Positions 49,001-59,163 of a DNA stretch of 64,000 nt are shown one piece after another (position 1 is the first letter of the stretch; every line of letters starts with the position of its first letter). Made by a program: the position numbers and the translations under genes. The notes under the pieces are model-generated. The model was not told the origin of the DNA. It made no database searches and saw only the letters and a list, made by a program, of their open reading frames with translations. The stretch is from an uncultured Actinomycetota bacterium (lineage in GTDB: Bacteria; Actinomycetota; Actinomycetes; CAWDCV01): NCBI GenBank assembly GCA_963728125.1, contig CAVSIZ010000003.1:11250-75249 (forward strand). Reading direction: 5' to 3'.

Positions 49001-49664
49001 CTCGGGTGGCGCTCAGCAACGCCCGCGGATTACCCGCGGCGAGGTCGACGATCGTCGCCAGCGCGTCGTCGGCGAGTTGCCCGTTGGGTACGCGAGCGCG
49101 GACGAGCGCGCGCGCCTGATCGTCCGGCAGGTCAGGCAGCACCACTTCGACGTCGAAGAACGCGTCCGCCGGAGGGCGCAGCAGGGTGGCTCGGTCGCGG
49201 TCGGTGCACGTCACTGCCCAGCGGACAGGCAGCTGCCACAGCTCGTCGCGCAGCGTGCCGAACAGGCCGTACGCCGCGCCGGGCACGGCGTTGTCGAGCA
49301 ACGCCACCGCCGGCAGCACGTCCGCGGGGGTAGAGAGGAGGCGTTGCAGCGGCCAGTCGTCTGTTCTGTCGAGAGCAGTGCGGCGCCGCGTGCCGTCGCC
49401 GTCCATGAGTCGCGCCGTCACGACGTCGACGAGCTGCTGCGTCGACAGCGCCGTACCAGCGTCGATCCAGAGCGAAGCAATCCCTTGCTCCCGCAGCTTC
49501 CTCGCTACTTGGCGCAGCACCGTGGTCCTACCTGACCCGCGCTCGCCGACCAGCAGCACGTTGAGATCCGTGCTGACGGCGTTCATTACACGGCTCATGG
49601 CTTCGTCGCGGCCCACCACAAGTGCAGCGTCGAGCTGGTTGTCGAGGAGCGGTCGACCACTCAT
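48801..49664 (-). CDS. ORC/Cdc6-like AAA+ ATPase, proximal gene; the last ~60 codons of the ORF as given look out of frame
   Basis: ATG 49664 (MSGRPLLDNQLDAALVVGRDEAM). Walker A LLVGERGSGRTTVL, Walker B AVALLDNAV, lid AAGNPRALLSATRVAL. After ...ALAEP the frame becomes Arg/Pro-rich junk while the wHTH continues in the +1 frame. Confidence 0.65.
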   Translation of the reverse strand: MSGRPLLDNQLDAALVVGRDEAMSRVMNAVSTDLNVLLVGERGSGRTTVLRQVARKLREQGIASLWIDAGTALSTQQLVDVVTARLMDGDGTRRRTALDRTDDWPLQRLLSTPADVLPAVALLDNAVPGAAYGLFGTLRDELWQLPVRWAVTCTDRDRATLLRPPADAFFDVEVVLPDLPDDQARALVRARVPNGQLADDALATIVDLAAGNPRALLSATRVALAEPGRYRGAGGQRPRTRSAAVSRLPRCRRARRGPRGLWPGQRVRSRPPRPARLDSVACHPAAP

Positions 49665-49754
49665 GTTCAGCACAAAACTCACTATACGTTCACAACGTTT
49701 CGTGAGAAAGCAGACGGCGCTGTAGCGCGAGGATCGCCCAGTACCCTGCACCGC

Positions 49755-50742
49755 GTGCGCATCGCCGTCACTGGGTCCATCGCGACAGACCATCTGATGA
49801 CATTTCCGGGACGGTTCGCCGACTCGTTCGTCACCGACAAGCTGCACTCTGTGTCGCTGTCGTTCCTCGTCGATGACCTGCACGTGCGGCGCGGCGGCGT
49901 TGCCGCGAACATCGCCTTCGGACTCGGGTGCCTGGGCCTGCGGCCTGTACTTGTCGGTGCCGTCGGCCCGGATTTCGCAGACTATCGCTCCTGGTTGGAG
50001 CGGCATGGCGTCGACTGCGACTCCGTCCGAGTGTCGACCGTGGCCCAGACCGCGCGGTTCGTCTGCACGACCGATATCGATCACAACCAGATCGCCTCTT
50101 TCTATCCGGGTGCCATGACCGAGGACCGCGAGCTCGAGCTGTGGCCGGTGGCCGAACGCCTCGGCGACCTCGACCTGGTCCTCATCGGCGCTACCGATCC
50201 GGCCGCGATGACCCGACACACGCAGGAGTGCCTCCAGCGCGGCTACCGATTCGTAGCCGATCCGTCGCAGCAGCTGGCGCGGATGGACGGTCCGGAGATC
50301 CGGCTGCTGGTCGAGGGCGCGGCGTACCTGTTCACCAACGAGTACGAAGCAGCCCTGACCGAACAGAAGACCGGCTGGACCTCGCAGCAGATCCTCGATC
50401 GTGTCGACGTGCGGGTGACCACACTCGGCAAGAAGGGCGCCATCGTCGAGCGGTCCGGGCAGCCTGTCGGTCCAGGTGGCCTGCCCGCGCGAGGAAGGCA
50501 AGGTCGATCCGACCGGCGTGGGTGACGCGTTCCGCGCTGGGTTCCTCGCCGGCATCGGGTGGGGCCTGTCGGACGAACGCTGCGCACAGCTCGGCGCGAT
50601 GCTCGCGACGTTCGTCATCGAGACGGTCGGCACCCAGGAGTACGACCTCGGGCATGGGCAGTTTCTCGACCGCTTCACCGAGGCGTACGGCGCTGAGGCT
50701 GCTGCCGATATCACCGCTCATCTGCGGCTGATCCCCGCCTGA
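49755..50742 (+). pseudogene. PfkB-family carbohydrate/adenosine kinase (Rv2202c adoK-like), frameshift near 50469
   Basis: ORF 49755..50525 reads well to ...GAIVERSGQPV. ORF 50476..50742, in another frame, continues VQVACPREEGKVDPTGVGDAFRAGFLAG. Confidence 0.75.
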
Positions 50743-50765
50743 CGCGCCCGCCTTCAGGGCCGGAC

Positions 50766-51455
50766 GTGCGCAACGAGCCACCGCCGAGCCGCTGGATCTT
50801 CCCACCGCCGAGCGCAGCCGACGCGGAGGGGATCGTCGCCCTGGGCGCGGATCTGCTGCCTGGAACGTTGCTGGCTGCCTACCGCTCCGGCCTTTTTCCG
50901 ATGCCGATCGGGCGACGGTACCCAATGGCCTGGTGGTCACCGGATCCGCGGGGGATCTTGCCGCTGGAGTCGTTGCGCATCAGCCGGTCGCTGCGAGCAT
51001 CGACGCGCCGATTCGAGGTGACCGTCGATGCCGCCTTTGCTCGAGTGGTGCTCGGCTGCAGCGACCCGGGTCGCCCGCACGGGTGGATCAGCCGCGACAT
51101 CCGAGACGCCTACGTGGTGCTGCACCGGCTCGGCTGGGCGCACAGCGTCGAGGCGTGGGCGCCGGACGGGACATTGGCCGGCGGCCTGTACGGCGTGGCC
51201 ATCGGCGGACTGTTCGCCGGCGAATCAATGTTCTCGGCGGTGCGCGACGCGTCAAAGGTGGCGCTGGTGCACCTGGTTGGCTTGCTCCGTGCGGATCCAC
51301 GACCGCACCGGTTGCTGGACGTCCAGTGGGCGACCCCGCACATGCAATCGCTCGGCGCCCGTGCGATCCCACGCGAGGAGTACCTGGCCCTGCTCGCCCG
51401 TGCTCTCGAGCTGCCGCTTCCCGAGGCGTTCGCTCAGCGCAGCGAGCTCAGCTGA
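50766..51455 (+). CDS. aat: leucyl/phenylalanyl-tRNA--protein transferase
   Basis: LLAAYRSGLFPM...WWSPDPRGILP...GGLYGVAIGGLFAGESMF. Confidence 0.85.
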   Translation: MRNEPPPSRWIFPPPSAADAEGIVALGADLLPGTLLAAYRSGLFPMPIGRRYPMAWWSPDPRGILPLESLRISRSLRASTRRFEVTVDAAFARVVLGCSDPGRPHGWISRDIRDAYVVLHRLGWAHSVEAWAPDGTLAGGLYGVAIGGLFAGESMFSAVRDASKVALVHLVGLLRADPRPHRLLDVQWATPHMQSLGARAIPREEYLALLARALELPLPEAFAQRSELS

Positions 51456-51702
51456 GGCGGCGGACGAGGTACGCGCTGCCGCGTCCGTCGTCGAGGTCGA
51501 CAGCGCCGACGTACTCCTGTCCGCGCATTCCGCACCACGCGGGGACGTCGACGCGGGCCGCTGAGTCGTCAGCCAGCACGGCGATGACCTCGCCGACGTC
51601 GACGTCGCGCAGGTGACGAGCTAGCTCGATGACGGGTACCGGGCAGCGGCGCCCCAGCGCATCGATGACGAGCTGAGCGCCCTCGACTCCGTACCTCGTC
51701 AC
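51448..51702 (-). CDS. TusA-family sulfurtransferase
   Basis: ORF trimmed to GTG 51702, which overlaps the upstream stop as GTGA. Has the LGRRCPVPVIELARHL active-site Cys motif. Confidence 0.75.
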   Translation of the reverse strand: MTRYGVEGAQLVIDALGRRCPVPVIELARHLRDVDVGEVIAVLADDSAARVDVPAWCGMRGQEYVGAVDLDDGRGSAYLVRRLS

Positions 51703-52835
51703 AGCCCACCCACTCCGGCGGTATCCCGCAGTCGGCTCACGACGCCGGGCAGGACGTCGAGGAAGCGGTGCACGTCCTCGTCTGTCGTAGCGCGGGTGAG
51801 TGATACCCGGACGTTTCCATGGGACAGCACGCCCATCGCCTCGAGTACGTGACTCGGCTGTATCGCGCTCGACGTGCACGACGAGCCAGACGACACCGCG
51901 AACCCACGCCGATCGAGCTCGTGCAGCAACGCCTCGCCGTCCACGTACAGGCAAGAGAACGTCACCAGGTGCGGCAGCCGCAACGTGGGATGCCCAACCA
52001 CCTCCACGTCTGGCACGAGCTCCGGGACCCGGCGCCGGATGAGGTCGACCAGCGGTCGCTGGAACGTGTCGAGCTCTGCCGCTTCAGCCAGCCGGGCCTC
52101 CAGCGCGGTCGCCGCCGCCAAGATCATGGGGACGTTCTCGAACCCCGGAGCGCGCCCGCTCTCGCGCTCGTCGGCCGGTCCAGGGGTCCGCCACCGAAGG
52201 CCGTGCCGGATTGCAAGGACGCCTACGCCGGCAGGGCCACCCCACTTGTGTGCGCTCGCGGTGAGGTACGACCAGCCGTCCTCGACGGCGAAGCGGCCAA
52301 CGGTCTGGGCGGCATCGACGAGAAGGGGGACGCCGCGGTCGCGGCACAGTGACGTGACCTCGAGCACCGGTTGCAGCGAGCCCACCTCGTGATTCGCGGA
52401 TTGCAGGCAGGCCAGGGCGGTGTCATTCCGCAGGCACGTGGCGTACTCCTCGGCGTCCACCCTTCCCGTGCGGTCGACCGGCGCGGAGCTGACATCGCCG
52501 CCGTCGCGCTCGTGCCGCTCGGCCGCGTGCAACACCGCAGAGTGCTCGACGGCGCTGATGACCAGGTGACGACCGATCCGCCGACGGGCGTGCAGCGCGC
52601 CGAGGATGCCGACGTGCAGTGCCTGCGTGCCGGAGGCGAGGAAGGTGATCTCGTCGGGGCGCGCGCCGAGCCCCGCGGCCACGGATTCGCGGGCCCGGTC
52701 GAGCAGCAACCGCGCCTGCCGAGCCTCCCGGTAGAGCCGAGCCGGATCGGCCCAGCCGGCGTCGATTGCGGCGAGGAGCGTCTCCCGGGCGGACGGATGC
52801 AGCGGCTCCGTCGAGGCCGCGTCCAGGTACGCCAC
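51699..52835 (-). CDS. cysteine desulfurase (class V aminotransferase, NifS/IscS-like)
   Basis: SAHKWGGPAGVG (PLP lysine) and SSGSSCTSS (active-site Cys). Confidence 0.85.
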   Translation of the reverse strand: MAYLDAASTEPLHPSARETLLAAIDAGWADPARLYREARQARLLLDRARESVAAGLGARPDEITFLASGTQALHVGILGALHARRRIGRHLVISAVEHSAVLHAAERHERDGGDVSSAPVDRTGRVDAEEYATCLRNDTALACLQSANHEVGSLQPVLEVTSLCRDRGVPLLVDAAQTVGRFAVEDGWSYLTASAHKWGGPAGVGVLAIRHGLRWRTPGPADERESGRAPGFENVPMILAAATALEARLAEAAELDTFQRPLVDLIRRRVPELVPDVEVVGHPTLRLPHLVTFSCLYVDGEALLHELDRRGFAVSSGSSCTSSAIQPSHVLEAMGVLSHGNVRVSLTRATTDEDVHRFLDVLPGVVSRLRDTAGVGGL

Positions 52836-52984
52836 GCATAGACGCTAAACCCTCCCTGGCCAGGCGACAGGGGTAGCGGCAGAGTAGGGTTTGGCCTGGA
52901 TAAAGCAGGTGAAACCCGCGTCGGCTCGACCACCCGCGGCTGTCGGGTCCGGACGGTCTGGCGCTCATCGCAGGAAGGCACTTC

Positions 52985-53860
52985 GTGGGTCCCGACGGCT
53001 CGCCTCGTACCCCCCGGCTGTCGCCGCGGCGTCGTGTGCTCCTGGTGCTGGTCCTGGGCTCGATGATGGCGACGGCCGGCTGCTCCATGTCCATCGAGGA
53101 CCTGCCCCCGGTCATGGACATGCCGCGTCCCGTGACTGATCAGGGCAACCTGATCTTCACGCTCTGGCAGGGCTCCTGGGTCGCTGCTCTCGCGGTCGGC
53201 GCCGCCGTCTGGGGGCTCATCATCTGGGCGTGCATCTTCTTCCGCCGCCGCAAGGGTGAGACGGGGCTGCCGCCGCAGGTTCGCTACAACCTGCCGATCG
53301 AGATCCTCTACACCATCGTCCCGTTCCTCATGGTCCTGACGTTCTTTTACTTCACGGCGCGCGACCAGGCGGAGCTCTACGAGCTGACGGACGATCCCGA
53401 CCAGACGGTCAACGTCATCGGGTACCGCTGGAGCTGGACGTTCAACTACACCGATGAGGACGTCTACGACACCGGGACGCCGGCCGAGCCACCAACGCTC
53501 GTACTCCCCGAGGACGAGCGGATCCGCTTCGACTTGCAGTCGGCCGACGTCATTCACTCCTTCTGGATCCCCGCCTTCCTCTTCAAGATGGACGTCATCC
53601 CCGGGCGGCTCAACCAATTCGAGGTCGTCCCCTCCGAGCAGGGGACGTTCGTCGGCAAGTGCGCGGAGCTGTGCGGCGTCGACCATGCGCGGATGCTCTT
53701 CAACGTCCAAGTGGTGAGCCGCGAGGAGTACGACGAGCATGTGGAGAGACTGCGTGCGGCCGGGCAGACCGGGCAGCTGACCACGGAGACCGTCAACAGC
53801 GACGCCGGCACGAGTCAGAACACCGGTGACCAGTCCAGCCGGGGAGAGGACACCTCGTGA
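52985..53860 (+). CDS. ctaC: cytochrome c oxidase subunit II (lipoprotein-type signal)
   Basis: CuA motif [12 protein letters not shown]. The N-terminal ...MATAGCS looks like a lipobox. Confidence 0.9.
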   Translation: MGPDGSPRTPRLSPRRRVLLVLVLGSMMATAGCSMSIEDLPPVMDMPRPVTDQGNLIFTLWQGSWVAALAVGAAVWGLIIWACIFFRRRKGETGLPPQVRYNLPIEILYTIVPFLMVLTFFYFTARDQAELYELTDDPDQTVNVIGYRWSWTFNYTDEDVYDTGTPAEPPTLVLPEDERIRFDLQSADVIHSFWIPAFLFKMDVIPGRLNQFEVVPSEQGTFVGKCAELCGVDHARMLFNVQVVSREEYDEHVERLRAAGQTGQLTTETVNSDAGTSQNTGDQSSRGEDTS

Positions 53861-55596
53861 CCATCCTCGAAGAGCCGCGTAGCACCACCACTACCCGGCC
53901 GGCCGCGCCGCCGCGCAAGCAGGTCGGTCGCATCATCGTCTCCTGGCTGACGTCGACTGACCACAAGGTCATCGGCTACATGTACCTCATCACCTCGTTC
54001 GTGTTCTTCCTGCTCGCGGGCGTGATGGCCCTGATCATCCGGGCCGAGCTTGCCCAGCCGGGTAGCCAGTTTGTGAGCAACGAGCAGTACAACCAGCTGT
54101 TCACGATGCACGGCACCGCGATGCTGCTGCTGTTTGCGACCCCGCTCTTCATCGGGTTCAGCAACGTCATCATGCCGCTGCAGATCGGGGCACCCGACGT
54201 CGCGTTCCCGCGGCTGAACCTGTTCAGCTACTACGCGTTTCTGTTCGGTGGACTGCTCGTCTTCGGTGGATTCCTCACCCCGGACGGCGCGGCGGCCTTC
54301 GGTTGGACCGGGTACGCGCCCCTGTCCAACGAGATCTACTCCCCGGGCATCGGGGCCGACCTGTGGATCGTCGGCCTGGCCCTCGGTGGCCTCGGCACGA
54401 TCCTCGGCGGCGTCAACTTCATCACGACGATCTTCACGATGCGCGCGCCCGGCATGACGATGTTCCGGATGCCGATCTTCACGTGGAACACCCTCGTGAC
54501 GGCCATCCTGGTGCTGTTCGCGTTCCCGATCCTGACCGCGGCGCTGATGGCGCTGCTCGCCGACCGACAGCTCGGCGCGCACGTCTTCGACGCTGAGAAC
54601 GGCGGGGGGATCCTGTGGCAGCACCTGTTCTGGTACTTCGGGCATCCCGAGGTCTACATCATTGCGTTGCCGTTCTTCGGCATCATCACCGAGATCCTGC
54701 CGGTGTTCAGCCGCAAGCCGATCTTCGGCTACCGCGGTCTGGTGTTCGCGACGATCACGATCGCGGCCCTGTCCACCGCGGTGTGGGCGCACCACATGTT
54801 CGTCACCGGCGCGGTGCTGCTGCCCTTCTTCTCCTTCATGACGTTCCTCATCGCCGTCCCCACCGGAGTCAAGTTCTTCAACTGGGTCGGCACGATGTGG
54901 CGCGGCAGCATCACGTTCGAGACGCCGATGCTGTGGGCGATCGGCTTCCTCGTCACGTTCCTGTTCGGCGGCCTGACCGGCGTCATCCTGGCGTCGCCAC
55001 CGCTGGACTTCCATGTCTCCGACAGCTACTTCGTCGTCGCGCACTTCCACTACGTCGTGTTCGGCACCGTCGTGTTCGCGATGTTCGGCGGCTTCTACTA
55101 CTGGTGGCCGAAGTTCACCGGGAAGATGCTCGACGAGCGGCTCGGACACATCCACTTCTGGACGCTGTTCATCGGCTTCCAGGTCACATTCCTCATTCAG
55201 CACTGGCTGGGCGTGCAGGGCATGCCGCGGCGCTACGCCGACTACCTCGCGAGCGACGGTTTCACTCTGTTCAACACGATCTCGTCGATCGGGGCGTTCC
55301 TGCTCGGAACGTCGATGATCCCGTTCGTGTGGAACGTCTACATCACCGCCAAGCGCGCACCGCGCGTCAACGTCGACGACCCGTGGGGCTGGGGAATGTC
55401 GCTGGAGTGGGCGACGTCGTGCCCGCCGCCGCGGCACAACTTCACCTCGATCCCACAGATCCGCTCCGAGCGACCGGCCTTCGACCTCCACCATCCCGAG
55501 ACCGGTCGGCAGTACGAGCCCAGCGAACGTGATCCGCTGACGAACCTGCTTGGACCGCCCGACCTGCAGGAGCCGGGCAAGGGGCCGGACGCGTGA
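53857..55596 (+). CDS. ctaD: cytochrome c oxidase subunit I
   Basis: 579 aa. WFFGHPEVY-type motif ([12 protein letters not shown]) and HHMF. 4-nt overlap with ctaC. Confidence 0.95.
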   Translation: MTILEEPRSTTTTRPAAPPRKQVGRIIVSWLTSTDHKVIGYMYLITSFVFFLLAGVMALIIRAELAQPGSQFVSNEQYNQLFTMHGTAMLLLFATPLFIGFSNVIMPLQIGAPDVAFPRLNLFSYYAFLFGGLLVFGGFLTPDGAAAFGWTGYAPLSNEIYSPGIGADLWIVGLALGGLGTILGGVNFITTIFTMRAPGMTMFRMPIFTWNTLVTAILVLFAFPILTAALMALLADRQLGAHVFDAENGGGILWQHLFWYFGHPEVYIIALPFFGIITEILPVFSRKPIFGYRGLVFATITIAALSTAVWAHHMFVTGAVLLPFFSFMTFLIAVPTGVKFFNWVGTMWRGSITFETPMLWAIGFLVTFLFGGLTGVILASPPLDFHVSDSYFVVAHFHYVVFGTVVFAMFGGFYYWWPKFTGKMLDERLGHIHFWTLFIGFQVTFLIQHWLGVQGMPRRYADYLASDGFTLFNTISSIGAFLLGTSMIPFVWNVYITAKRAPRVNVDDPWGWGMSLEWATSCPPPRHNFTSIPQIRSERPAFDLHHPETGRQYEPSERDPLTNLLGPPDLQEPGKGPDA

Positions 55597-56000
55597 GGAA
55601 CGAAGGCATCATCTTCGCCATCATCACGATCTTCTTCACGATCGTGACGCCCATCTACTGGCTCCTGTCGTACGAACCGGCGGGCACCGTCGCCCTGGCG
55701 CTGACCGCCGTCATGTCCGCGCTGATCGCGTTCTACGTGCTGTTCACGGCGCGGCGGCTCCCGGGACCGCGTCCGGAAGATCGCACCGACGCTGAGATCG
55801 AGGAGGGCGCGGGGGAGCTCGGCTTCTACAGCCCCCACAGCTGGTGGCCGCTGTTCCTCGCCGCGTCTGCCGCGGTGACCGCACTGGGGCTGGTGTTCGG
55901 GTGGTGGCTGGTCGGCCTCGGGCTCATCTTCGTGTTGCTGAGTCTCGGCGGTTTCCTCTTCGAGTACTACCGCGGCGCGGCGGCTCGCCAGTACCGCTGA
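55593..56000 (+). CDS. ctaF: cytochrome c oxidase subunit 4
   Basis: 135 aa four-helix membrane protein immediately after ctaD (4-nt overlap). Actinobacterial CtaF pattern. Confidence 0.85.
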   Translation: MRNEGIIFAIITIFFTIVTPIYWLLSYEPAGTVALALTAVMSALIAFYVLFTARRLPGPRPEDRTDAEIEEGAGELGFYSPHSWWPLFLAASAAVTALGLVFGWWLVGLGLIFVLLSLGGFLFEYYRGAAARQYR

Positions 56001-56161
56001 CCTACTGAGCGTCGCCGCGCGAGGCGCACGCCGAGGCGATTCACACAGTTGTGATGCACGGCATCGACGCGTCAGCTTGGTGAGATCCGGGGGAGCAGCG
56101 ACAATCGACTGTTGCGATGACGCTCGGCGTCGTCGGCGCAGGTCGATGGGGGACGGAAGGC

Positions 56162-57343
56162 ATGGGCAAGGTCGAGATGCGACGGATCGCGCTGGCGCTG
56201 GTTCCGGCGCTGCTGCTGGTTGCGGGCTGCACCAACGGCGGTACCACGCCGGCCAGCTCTACGTCCGCTCGTGGCGGCGACAGCCGACCCCGACGGTGTC
56301 CGAGGCCCTCGTCGTCATGGACCCGCCCGACGGTGCCGTCGATATCGCGCCCGACGCCACGATCACCGTCCGAGCCGAGCAGGGCACCCTCGAGAAGGTC
56401 GTGCTGTCCGGCGGAGCTGCGATTCCCGGCACGCTGAGTCCAGACCGCACCACCTGGACCGCTACCGGCCTGTTCGCCGGGAACCCGCTACGTGCTGTCG
56501 GCGCGCGCCGAGGACCGCCACGGACTGTCCACGCTGCAGACCACGTCGTTCACGACCGTGGTGCCGACCGCCACCGCCAAGGTCAAGATGGCACCCGTCC
56601 AGGACGAAACGGTCGGCGTCGGCATGCCGATCATGCTCACCCTGACCGAACCGACCGCCGATCGAGCTGCGGTCGAGCGCCGGCTCACCGTCGAGTCGTC
56701 TCCGCCGGTGACCGGATCGTGGTACTGGCTGAGCGACAGCTCCCTGCACTACCGGCCGCAGACGTACTGGCCGGCCAACACCGCGATCACGGTGCGCATG
56801 TCACTGCGCGGGGTCCCGTTCGGCAACGGTGTCTACGGCGAGCAGGACCGCGTCGTCTCGTTCCGCACCGGCGACGCGATGATCAGCACCGTCGACGTGG
56901 CCGGCCACCAGATGACCGTGACGCAGAACGGCCAGCCGCTGCGGACCATCCCGGTCACCACCGGCAAACCCGGCCAGGCGACCCGCGCCGGAATCAAGAT
57001 CATCAGCGAGAAGTACGTCGACAAGCGCATGGACGCGGCGACGACCGGCGTCGACTCCACCGATCCCGACTACTACGTCGTCGACGTCAAGTACGCGATG
57101 CGAGTGACCAACACCGGGGAGTTCGTGCACGCGGCTCCGTGGTCGGTGGGCTCGCAGGGCAACGACAACGTCAGCCACGGGTGCACCGGCATGAGCACCG
57201 AGGACGCCCGCTGGTTGTTCGAGATCAGTCGACGCGGCGACGTCGTCGAGTACGTCAACTCCGATCGACCGCTCGAACCGGGCAACGGCATCACCGACTG
57301 GAACGTGCCCTGGGACCAGTGGATGCAGGGCTCAGCGCTGTAG
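56162..57343 (+). pseudogene. L,D-transpeptidase lipoprotein (YkuD domain), two frameshifts (about 56280 and 56485)
   Basis: Signal/lipobox MRRIALALVPALLLVAGC (frame of ORF 56117). Ig-like segment PTPTVSEALVVMDPPDGAVDIAPDATITV (frame of ORF 56077). Catalytic part with SHGCTGMS (ORF 56492..57343). Confidence 0.75.
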
Positions 57344-57415
57344 CGGGGTGGGCCCGAACTCGTGCAGAGAGACGCGGCATAGGCGCGAAGGCTCAGCCGA
57401 GCAGTGCATTCACCC

Positions 57416-57465
57416 GAGTTGTCCGAGCGTGCTCGGCTTGAAGTGCGGGCCGCGTTCGGACAACT
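57416..57465. repeat. REP-like palindromic element, copy B (between convergent ldt and qcrB)
   Basis: AGTTGTCCGAgCG (57417-57429) and CGTTCGGACAACT (57453-57465) are separated by a 23-nt spacer. Arms match copy A at 9986-10039. Confidence 0.5.
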
Positions 57466-57786
57466 TGCGCGGGCGTGAGTGAGGCGGACTCTCAGTCGGC
57501 GCTGCCGGTCAGCTCTCTACGGTCGGCGTGCTCCACTGACTCCTCGGCCGTCGCCGACTCCAGCTCGACGTCGTGATGGTGCGCGGCCTCGATCTCCTCC
57601 GGCGTCGGCTTGTCGACGTGGGTGCCGTAGTAGAACTTGCTGACCTTTGCTCGCGCCTTGGCCGCGAGCCGACCAGGACGGGACACGCCGTTCTCGTCGA
57701 CCGCGGGGCCGAGCTCGAGCGCGTGCTGGTCCTCGCGGGCGAGCAGGAAGTGACGCTCCGACCGCTGATCGGCTCGTGGACCTCGA

Positions 57787-59163
57787 TCATTTCTCCCAGT
57801 CCGCTCGCCGGACCACGATGCCGGTCTCGCGACCGTGCAAGACCTTGTCTCGGTCACGACGCTGCAGTCCGAGGCAGATCCGTCGCGTGATCACGAAGGC
57901 GATCGGCGGCAGCACGATCACGGCAACACGTACCGTCCAGGTAATCGCATTGATGGAGAGGCCGAACGTGTTGGCGATGATGTCATTGCCACCGTCAATG
58001 AGCAGCACCACATAGAACGTCAACGCCATCACCCCGAGGCCGGTCCGCGTGGGGTTGTCCCGAGGGCGGTCGAGGATGTGGTGCTCGCGCTTGTCGCCAG
58101 TCACCCATTGCTCTATGAACGGGTACAGCGCGTACACGGTAAAGACCAGGCCGGGAATGACGGCGGCCGGGATGAAGACATTCCAAGCGATGGTGTGCCC
58201 GAGGATGTTCGACTCCCAGTTGGGCATCGCGCGAAGCGCGCCGTCGATAAACCCGATGTACCAGTCCGGCTGCGACCCCGCGGTGATTTGGGTCGGGTTG
58301 TAGGGCCCGAACATCCACACCGGGTTGATCTGCGCGATGCCGCCGAGCAACGCGAGCACGCCGAAGACGACGAAGAAGAAGCCGCCGGCCTTGGCCATGT
58401 AGATCGGGAAGAACTTGTATCCCACGACGTTGTGCTGCGTCCGGCCAAGACCGGGCCACTGCGAGTGCTTCTGCACGACCACCAGGAAGATGTGCAAGGT
58501 AATGAGGGCGATGATGATCCCGGGGATCAAGAGGACGTGCACGATGAAAAGCCGCGGGATCAAGTCGTCGCCGGGAAATTCCCCACCGAACAGGAAGAAG
58601 GACGCGTACGTACCGATCAATGGGATCGACAGCAGGACGCCTTCAATGATTCGCAAGCCGGTCCCGGACAGGAGATCGTCTGGCAGCGAGTAGCCCGTGA
58701 AGCCCGCGCCGAGCCCGAGAGTGAGCAGGCCCACGCCGAGCAGCCAGTTCAGCTCGCGAGGCTTGCGGAAGGCGCCGGTGAAAAAGGCGCGCAGGGAGTG
58801 CACGACCATGGCGGCCACGAACAGCAGCGCTGCCCAGTGATGAATCTGCCGCATCAGCAGTCCACCACGAATGTCGAAGCTGATGTCGAGGGTGGAGGCG
58901 TAGGCCTCGGACATGTGAATGCCGCGCAGCGGGACGTAGGAGCCCTCGTAGACGACCTCGGTCATGCTCGGCTTGAAGAACAGCGTGAGGAACGTGCCCG
59001 ACAGCAGCAGCACGATGAAGCTGTAGAGCGCGATCTCACCCAGCATGAAGGACCAGTGGTCCGGAAAGACCTTGTTCAGGGTTCGCTTGAGGAACCCGCC
59101 GCCGCGCAGCCGCTCGTCGAGCCAGCTCCCGGTGGCGCCAAGGCCACGCTCGATGGTGCTCAT
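57787..59163 (-). CDS. qcrB: cytochrome bc1 complex cytochrome b subunit; conserved C-terminal extension displaced into other frames down to 57492
   Basis: 458-aa ORF with cytochrome b helices. After ...LHGRETGIVVRRAD the conserved tail continues in other frames as (G)EMIEVHEPISG and then ERHFLLAREDQHALELGPAVDENGV...KFYYG (ORFs 57509..57790 and 57492..57857). Confidence 0.85.
   Translation of the reverse strand: MSTIERGLGATGSWLDERLRGGGFLKRTLNKVFPDHWSFMLGEIALYSFIVLLLSGTFLTLFFKPSMTEVVYEGSYVPLRGIHMSEAYASTLDISFDIRGGLLMRQIHHWAALLFVAAMVVHSLRAFFTGAFRKPRELNWLLGVGLLTLGLGAGFTGYSLPDDLLSGTGLRIIEGVLLSIPLIGTYASFFLFGGEFPGDDLIPRLFIVHVLLIPGIIIALITLHIFLVVVQKHSQWPGLGRTQHNVVGYKFFPIYMAKAGGFFFVVFGVLALLGGIAQINPVWMFGPYNPTQITAGSQPDWYIGFIDGALRAMPNWESNILGHTIAWNVFIPAAVIPGLVFTVYALYPFIEQWVTGDKREHHILDRPRDNPTRTGLGVMALTFYVVLLIDGGNDIIANTFGLSINAITWTVRVAVIVLPPIAFVITRRICLGLQRRDRDKVLHGRETGIVVRRADWEK

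Noticed and set aside
53815-55494. 559-aa reverse ORF opposite ctaD
   Set aside because: The forward frame encodes an unmistakable cytochrome oxidase subunit I. The reverse product is low-complexity and rich in Arg/Asp/Glu/His.
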